Shown one piece after another: positions 35,271 to 39,490 of a stretch of DNA of 39,490 bases. The notes under the pieces were generated by a model, which had not been told where the DNA came from, made no database searches, and saw only the letters and a list, made by a program, of their open reading frames with translations. A program made the translations under genes and the position numbers. Position 1 is the stretch's first letter; each line of letters opens with the position of its first letter. Source of the stretch: an uncultured Thermoanaerobaculia bacterium (GTDB lineage: Bacteria; Acidobacteriota; Thermoanaerobaculia; Thermoanaerobaculales; Sulfomarinibacteraceae). Location of the stretch: contig CAZCEX010000002.1 in NCBI GenBank assembly GCA_964497785.1, positions 1 through 39,490 of the forward strand. The letters are read 5' to 3'.

Positions 35271-35332
35271 GCCGGTTGTTGACCGGCATCCCCCCCCCTC
35301 CCACCATTCCACCTCCCGGCGGGAGGGGGGGC
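35271..35332 (+). terminator. Stem-loops after ftsZ (possible terminator/attenuator without a U-tract)
   Basis: GCCGGT-tgttg-ACCGGC (35271-35287). Then CCCCCCCCTCCC (35291-35302) pairs with GGGAGGGGGGGG (35321-35332), a 12-bp stem. An alternative local pairing is CCTCCC-ggc-GGGAGG (35312-35326). No T-run follows. Confidence 0.35.
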
Positions 35333-35366
35333 CTCTCGGCGTCGCCACCCTCCACTTGTGAAAACA

Positions 35367-35394
35367 TTGACAAGCGCAGGCGGGCTTATAGAAT
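35367..35394 (+). promoter_or_regulatory. Near-consensus sigma70 promoter for the nuo operon
   Basis: TTGACA (35367-35372), 16 nt, TAGAAT (35389-35394), inside TATAGAAT. It lies 30 nt before the nuoA GTG at 35424, and GGAGGGAGGAGG (SD) lies between them. Confidence 0.5.
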
Positions 35395-35423
35395 GAGCCG
35401 GTCCTGGAGGGAGGAGGCGGACC

Positions 35424-35780
35424 GTGGAGCACTACGTTCCCATCCTTGTGTACGCCTTGGTGGCAATTTCATTCCCGATCATCGCCCTGCTCATGGCCAA
35501 GGTCGTGCGTGCCGGCTCGCCGAACCCGGTCAAGGCCGAGCCCTACGAATGCGGAGTCAAGACCGACACCGAAGCCTTCGACACCCGGTTTTCGATCCGG
35601 TACTACCTGATCGCGGTGCTGTTTGTAGTCTTTGACGTGGAGACCATCTTTCTCTTTCCGTGGGCCGTGTCTTTTGAACGGCTGGCCCTGTTCGGATTCA
35701 TCGAGATGCTGATCTTCCTGGCCATCCTCCTGGTGGGGTACATCTATGCCTGGAGGAGGGGGGCGCTCGAATGGGCTTGA
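35424..35780 (+). CDS. nuoA: NADH-quinone oxidoreductase subunit A (118 aa)
   Basis: GTG start. Three TM helices and the conserved PYECG and FDVE..FLFPWA motifs. Confidence 0.92.
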   Translation: MEHYVPILVYALVAISFPIIALLMAKVVRAGSPNPVKAEPYECGVKTDTEAFDTRFSIRYYLIAVLFVVFDVETIFLFPWAVSFERLALFGFIEMLIFLAILLVGYIYAWRRGALEWA

Positions 35781-36259
35781 TCGAAGATCGTTTCGAAAAG
35801 AACATCATCACGACGTCGTATGACGTCATCTTCAATTGGGCGCGGCGATCCTCGTTGTGGCCGATGCAGTTCGGGCTCGCGTGCTGCGCCATCGAGATGA
35901 TGGCGACGCTGGACCCACGGTACGACATGGCGCGATTCGGCGCCGAGGTCTTTCGCGGAACCCCACGCCAAGCCGACATGATGATCGTTGCTGGAACCGT
36001 GACTGAAAAAATGGCGCCGATCGTCAAACGCCTCTACGACCAGATGGCCGATCCGAAGTACGTGCTCGCGATGGGATCATGCGCCACCTGCGGAGGACCG
36101 TACCGCACCTACGCCGTAACGCAGGGGGTTGACCGGATCATTCCGGTCGATGTCTACATCCCCGGATGCCCACCACGTCCGGAGGGTCTGCTGTACGGCC
36201 TGATGGAGCTCCAACGGAAGATCGATCGTCAGACCATCGCTCGAACACGGGCGTCGTGA
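35771..36259 (+). CDS. nuoB: NADH-quinone oxidoreductase subunit B (162 aa)
   Basis: N2 cluster ligand motifs [20 protein letters not shown] and PGCPPRPE. Overlaps nuoA by 10 nt. Confidence 0.95.
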   Translation: MGLIEDRFEKNIITTSYDVIFNWARRSSLWPMQFGLACCAIEMMATLDPRYDMARFGAEVFRGTPRQADMMIVAGTVTEKMAPIVKRLYDQMADPKYVLAMGSCATCGGPYRTYAVTQGVDRIIPVDVYIPGCPPRPEGLLYGLMELQRKIDRQTIARTRAS

Positions 36260-36269
36260 GGGGCAGAGC

Positions 36270-36986
36270 ATGAGTGACGACAAGCCGACCCCGGAGACTG
36301 AAGACGCAGCCGCCGCCGACGCAGCTGCCGAAAAGGCAGCTAAAATCGCCGCCGCCAAGGCCAAAGCCGCAGCGAAGAAAGCCGCCGCAGAAGCCGCAGG
36401 CCCTGAGGACCCCTGGGTCGCGAAACCAGTTCCTCCGGTGCACGAAGACGCAGGTGATGACGCAGACGCCGTCGCTCTCGGCGAAGCAATCGAGGGCGCT
36501 GTTTTGACTGCCGACCGGTTCGTCAGCGAGACGACGCTTACGGTTCCGCGCGACCAGATCCAGAACATCTGCCGCTACCTGAAGGACGAACGGGGCTATC
36601 GGTTCCTGGTTGACCTCACCGCGGTGGACTGGCCCGACCGCGAGGGCGGGCGATTCGACGTTGTCTACTGGATGCACCGGCACGACGACTCGAAACGACT
36701 GCGGTTGATCACGACGGTCGCCGAGGACGAGACCATCGACTCCGTCGTGCCTGTCTGGAAGACTGCCAACTGGCTGGAACGAGAGGTTTACGATCTCTTC
36801 GGAGTCGTCTTTGAAGGGCACCCGAATCTGGAACGCATCCTCATGTGGGAGGGCTTCAACGGCCACCCGTTGCGGAAGGACTTTCCCGTCGAAGGCATCG
36901 ACACCGGCGCCGCCATCTATCCAGATGTCTACCCGCCCGACGGCGGACCGCCGCGTGCCGAAGACGAGGAGGGGGCAGGAGCATGA
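36270..36986 (+). CDS. nuoC: NADH-quinone oxidoreductase subunit C with an Ala/Lys-rich N-terminal extension (238 aa)
   Basis: Core motif ANWLEREVYDLFGVVFEGHPNLERILM. The first ~80 aa are low-complexity (AAAADAAAEKAAKIAAAKAKAAAKKAAAEAAG). Confidence 0.9.
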   Translation: MSDDKPTPETEDAAAADAAAEKAAKIAAAKAKAAAKKAAAEAAGPEDPWVAKPVPPVHEDAGDDADAVALGEAIEGAVLTADRFVSETTLTVPRDQIQNICRYLKDERGYRFLVDLTAVDWPDREGGRFDVVYWMHRHDDSKRLRLITTVAEDETIDSVVPVWKTANWLEREVYDLFGVVFEGHPNLERILMWEGFNGHPLRKDFPVEGIDTGAAIYPDVYPPDGGPPRAEDEEGAGA

Positions 36987-38104
36987 ACGGACCAGATCGT
37001 CCCCTGTTCGACGTCGAGGAGATGGAGGTCAGCTTCGGGCCACAGCACCCGGCGACCCACGGTGTCTTGCGGGTGCAGATGAAGCTCGACGGCGAACGCA
37101 TCGTCGAAGCCAAACCCATCATCGGCTATCTCCACCGAGGCACGGAGAAGCTCTTCGAAACCATGGCGTTCCCGGCATGCTTGCCGCACACGGACCGTCT
37201 GGACTACGTCAACGCCGCGCACAACAACCAGGGTTTCTGCGTGACGATGGAAAAGCTCCTGGGAATCACGATTCCACCCCGAGCGGCGTACATTCGAATG
37301 ATCCTCGCCGAAATGCAGCGCCTGGCGAGCCACCTCGTCTGGCTCGCCACCCACGCGGTCGACATCGGCGCCATCACGCCGTTCTTTTATACCTTTCGCG
37401 AGCGCGATGCGATCCTCGATCTCTTCGAGGAGTATTGCGGCGCCCGGCTGACCCTCAACTGCATGAAGATCGGCGGACTGCCCTACGAGCTTACAGAAGG
37501 CTGGCTCGAAAAATGCGCGCAGTTCGTCGATTCCTTCCCGGGACATATTGACGAGTACGAGACCTTGCTCACCACCAACCGCATCTGGAAAAAACGCACT
37601 GTCGGCGTCGGGGTGATCCCACCAGAAGACGCCATCGAGATGGGTCTGACCGGACCGCCGCTGCGTGGCTCCGGCATCGAGTGGGACATCCGAAAGGTCT
37701 TCCCCTACGACCGCTACGACGAGGTTGAGTTCAAGGTCCCGACCGGCACCAACTGCGACACCTATGACCGTTACCTCGTAAGGGTCGAGGAGATGCGCCA
37801 GTCCGTGCGCATCCTCCGCCAATGCCTCGATCGCCTCCCTGACGGCCCGATCATGGCCAAGGCGCCAAAGATCCTTCGCTCGAAGGAAGGCATGGTCTAT
37901 GGCTCGGTTGAGAGCCCCAAGGGTGAGCTCGGTTACTTCATCGTTGCCACCGAGAAGGGCACCGACCCCTACCGTTGTCGCGTGCGACCGCCATCATTCG
38001 TCAATCTTCAAGCCCTGCCGCAGATGGTGGAGGGTTCCCTCGTTGCCGACCTCATGGCAGTCATCGGGACCCTCGACATCGTTCTCGGCGAGATCGACCG
38101 GTAG
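36983..38104 (+). CDS. nuoD: NADH-quinone oxidoreductase subunit D (373 aa)
   Basis: ORF 36845.. trimmed to the ATG at 36983 (ATGA overlap with the nuoC stop). Motifs FGPQHPATHGVLR and IGYLHRGTEKL, with a C-terminal DIVLGEIDR. Confidence 0.95.
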   Translation: MNGPDRPLFDVEEMEVSFGPQHPATHGVLRVQMKLDGERIVEAKPIIGYLHRGTEKLFETMAFPACLPHTDRLDYVNAAHNNQGFCVTMEKLLGITIPPRAAYIRMILAEMQRLASHLVWLATHAVDIGAITPFFYTFRERDAILDLFEEYCGARLTLNCMKIGGLPYELTEGWLEKCAQFVDSFPGHIDEYETLLTTNRIWKKRTVGVGVIPPEDAIEMGLTGPPLRGSGIEWDIRKVFPYDRYDEVEFKVPTGTNCDTYDRYLVRVEEMRQSVRILRQCLDRLPDGPIMAKAPKILRSKEGMVYGSVESPKGELGYFIVATEKGTDPYRCRVRPPSFVNLQALPQMVEGSLVADLMAVIGTLDIVLGEIDR

Positions 38105-38113
38105 GAGGCTGGC

Positions 38114-39163
38114 ATGCCCGAACCCCTGGTGCAGCTGCTACTCATTCCGCTCGTCAAGATCGTCGTACTGCTCGCGGTGGTCTTGCTGGTGGTTGCTTAC
38201 CTCACCTACGCCGAGCGCAAGTTCCTCGCCTATATGCAGGTCCGTCTCGGACCCAACAGGGTCGGCCCCAAAGGGTGGCTGCAGCCGGTAGCCGACGGGT
38301 TGAAGCTGCTCGTCAAAGAAGACCTTGTTCCTGCCGGCGCGGAGAAATTCGTATTCATGATCGCGCCGGCCCTCGTCATGGTGCCCGCGCTCGTCATGTT
38401 CGCCGTCATCCCATTCGGTGAGCCCTTCGAGGTCGGAGGACGAACGATCACGCCCTACCTGGCGGACATCAACATTGCGCTGTTGTTTCTCCTCGGAATC
38501 TCTTCGGTCGGCGTGTTCGGCATCATCCTCGGTGGCTGGGCCTCGAACAACAAGTTCTCGCTCATGGGAGGACTGCGCTCGGCCGCACAGATGGTCTCGT
38601 ACGAGATTCCGATGGGCTTTGCAGTCGTTTCGGTGCTCCTGATGGCAGGGACCCTGTCGATGGTCGGCATTGTCGAAGCGCAGCGGACCGCGGGCCTCTG
38701 GTTCTTCCTACCGGGTTTCCTCGGCTTCGGGATCTACTGGATCTGCGGGATCGCCGAGACCAACCGCAATCCCTTCGACCTTCCTGAGGCCGAGGCAGAG
38801 CTCGTAGCCGGTTTCCACACCGAGTACTCGGGCATGAAATTCGCCCTCTTCTTCCTCGCTGAGTACGCCAATATGATGGTCGTGTCGGCGATCGCCGTGG
38901 TGCTCTTCCTCGGAGGGTGGTTACCACCGTTCCCGAACCTTCTCGCCGGGATGTGGGCCTTGCCACTGCTCGCCTGGATCCCCGGGGTCGTATGGTTCGC
39001 GGCGAAGATGGCCTTCTTCCTCTTCTGTTACATCTGGTTTCGCGGAACCTTCCCGCGCTACCGATTCGACCAGCTCATGGCGATAGGCTGGAAATGGCTC
39101 TTGCCCCTGTCCCTGGCCAACGTGTTGCTGGTGGCTCTGGGCGTATTGCTCGTGAAGGGATAG
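38114..39163 (+). CDS. nuoH: NADH-quinone oxidoreductase subunit H (349 aa)
   Basis: AERKFLAYMQVRLGPNRVGPKGWLQPVADGLKL and ETNRNPFDLPEAEAELVAGFHTEYSGMKFALFFLAEY motifs. GGAGG SD 5 nt before the ATG at 38114. Confidence 0.95.
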   Translation: MPEPLVQLLLIPLVKIVVLLAVVLLVVAYLTYAERKFLAYMQVRLGPNRVGPKGWLQPVADGLKLLVKEDLVPAGAEKFVFMIAPALVMVPALVMFAVIPFGEPFEVGGRTITPYLADINIALLFLLGISSVGVFGIILGGWASNNKFSLMGGLRSAAQMVSYEIPMGFAVVSVLLMAGTLSMVGIVEAQRTAGLWFFLPGFLGFGIYWICGIAETNRNPFDLPEAEAELVAGFHTEYSGMKFALFFLAEYANMMVVSAIAVVLFLGGWLPPFPNLLAGMWALPLLAWIPGVVWFAAKMAFFLFCYIWFRGTFPRYRFDQLMAIGWKWLLPLSLANVLLVALGVLLVKG

Positions 39164-39166
39164 GCA

Positions 39167-39490
39167 ATGTCGGTGAAGGATTTCCTCTCCAAGCTGCTCC
39201 TGCCGGATTTGATTCGGGGCATGGGCTTGACGGGCGGCTACCTCTTCCGCAAGAAAGAGACGGTGCAGTATCCCGAGAAGCGTCTCGAACCGGCCGATCG
39301 GTTTCGTGGCATGTTCGGATACGACCTGGAACGCTGCATCGACTGCCACCTGTGCGCCAAGGCCTGCCCGATCGACATCATCTACATCACCGACCACACA
39401 GAGGTCGAAGAGATCGACGGAAAGAAAAAGAAGAAAAAAATCATCGACCGCTACGACATCGACGTCAAGCGCTGCATGTTCTGTGGCCTG
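39167..39490 (+). CDS. nuoI: NADH-quinone oxidoreductase subunit I, 5' part (runs off the window)
   Basis: My own translation from the ATG at 39167 is MSVKDFLSKLLLPDLIRGMGLTGGYLFRKKETVQYPEKR...CIDCHLCAKACP...CMFCGL. That is the first 4Fe-4S CxxCxxCxxxCP motif and the start of the second. The ORF has no stop inside the window, so it is absent from the ORF track. Confidence 0.9.
   Translation, partial: MSVKDFLSKLLLPDLIRGMGLTGGYLFRKKETVQYPEKRLEPADRFRGMFGYDLERCIDCHLCAKACPIDIIYITDHTEVEEIDGKKKKKKIIDRYDIDVKRCMFCGL

Noticed and set aside
39421-39441. A-rich run GGAAAGAAAAAGAAGAAAAAAATC in nuoI (encoding GKKKKKKI) as a programmed frameshift or slippery site
   Set aside because: The zero frame continues into the conserved second ferredoxin motif (CMFCGL) without interruption. 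No alternative-frame product is evident within the window. It is probably just a Lys-rich loop between the two Fe-S motifs.
1-39490. Search by eye for tRNA, rRNA, tmRNA, RNase P RNA, SRP RNA and CRISPR repeats
   Set aside because: I noticed no T-loop-like GGTTCGAATCC-type motifs, no RNase P GAGGAAAGTCC-type motif, no tmRNA tag or CCA end context, and no short regularly spaced direct repeats. A covariance-model scan would be needed to be certain.

Overview
This is a GC-rich bacterial chromosomal segment. The envelope and cell-division gene content looks Gram-negative, but I cannot assign taxonomy without a database search. I support about 37 protein-coding genes, and I found no rRNA, tRNA, CRISPR array, transposase or integrase by eye.

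Layout:
- 75-3612 (minus strand): two secreted proteins, an orphan Trp/Asn/Tyr-rich protein and an FG-GAP/VCBS repeat protein.
- 3974-6296 (plus strand): a translationally coupled trio of XRE-type HTH protein, TPR protein and orphan secreted protein.
- 11908-6310 (minus strand): an operon of SpoIVB-like S55 peptidase, a large secreted repeat protein, coaD and a GT4 glycosyltransferase.
- 11937-17081 (plus strand): a TPR plus double cNMP-binding protein, then a 1097-aa tricorn protease homologue.
- 17110-18880: a 1.7-kb accessory islet holding an RHH-VapB/PIN-VapC toxin-antitoxin pair.
- 18880-21138: a CapA-family gene and a radical-SAM gene.
- 21267-35263: a very compact dcw cluster, mraZ-rsmH-ftsL-ftsI-murF-mraY-murD-ftsW-murG-murC-ftsQ-ftsA-ftsZ.
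- 35424 to the window end: a nuo operon, nuoA-B-C-D-H-I, with no nuoEFG between nuoD and nuoH.

The most unusual signal is the vapBC islet. The cassette sits between two collinear inverted repeats of about 250-280 bp. Their conservation is block-wise, and the conserved blocks are hairpins showing compensatory or wobble changes. More long stem-loops follow in a 730-bp non-coding gap. The second candidate is the split HTH/TPR/secreted-protein operon, which resembles an RRNPP-type peptide-sensing regulator broken into separate genes.

All functional calls rest on motifs I recognise in the translations and on start-site context (Shine-Dalgarno sequences, ATGA/GTGA overlaps). No homology search, fold prediction or genome-wide repeat count was possible.
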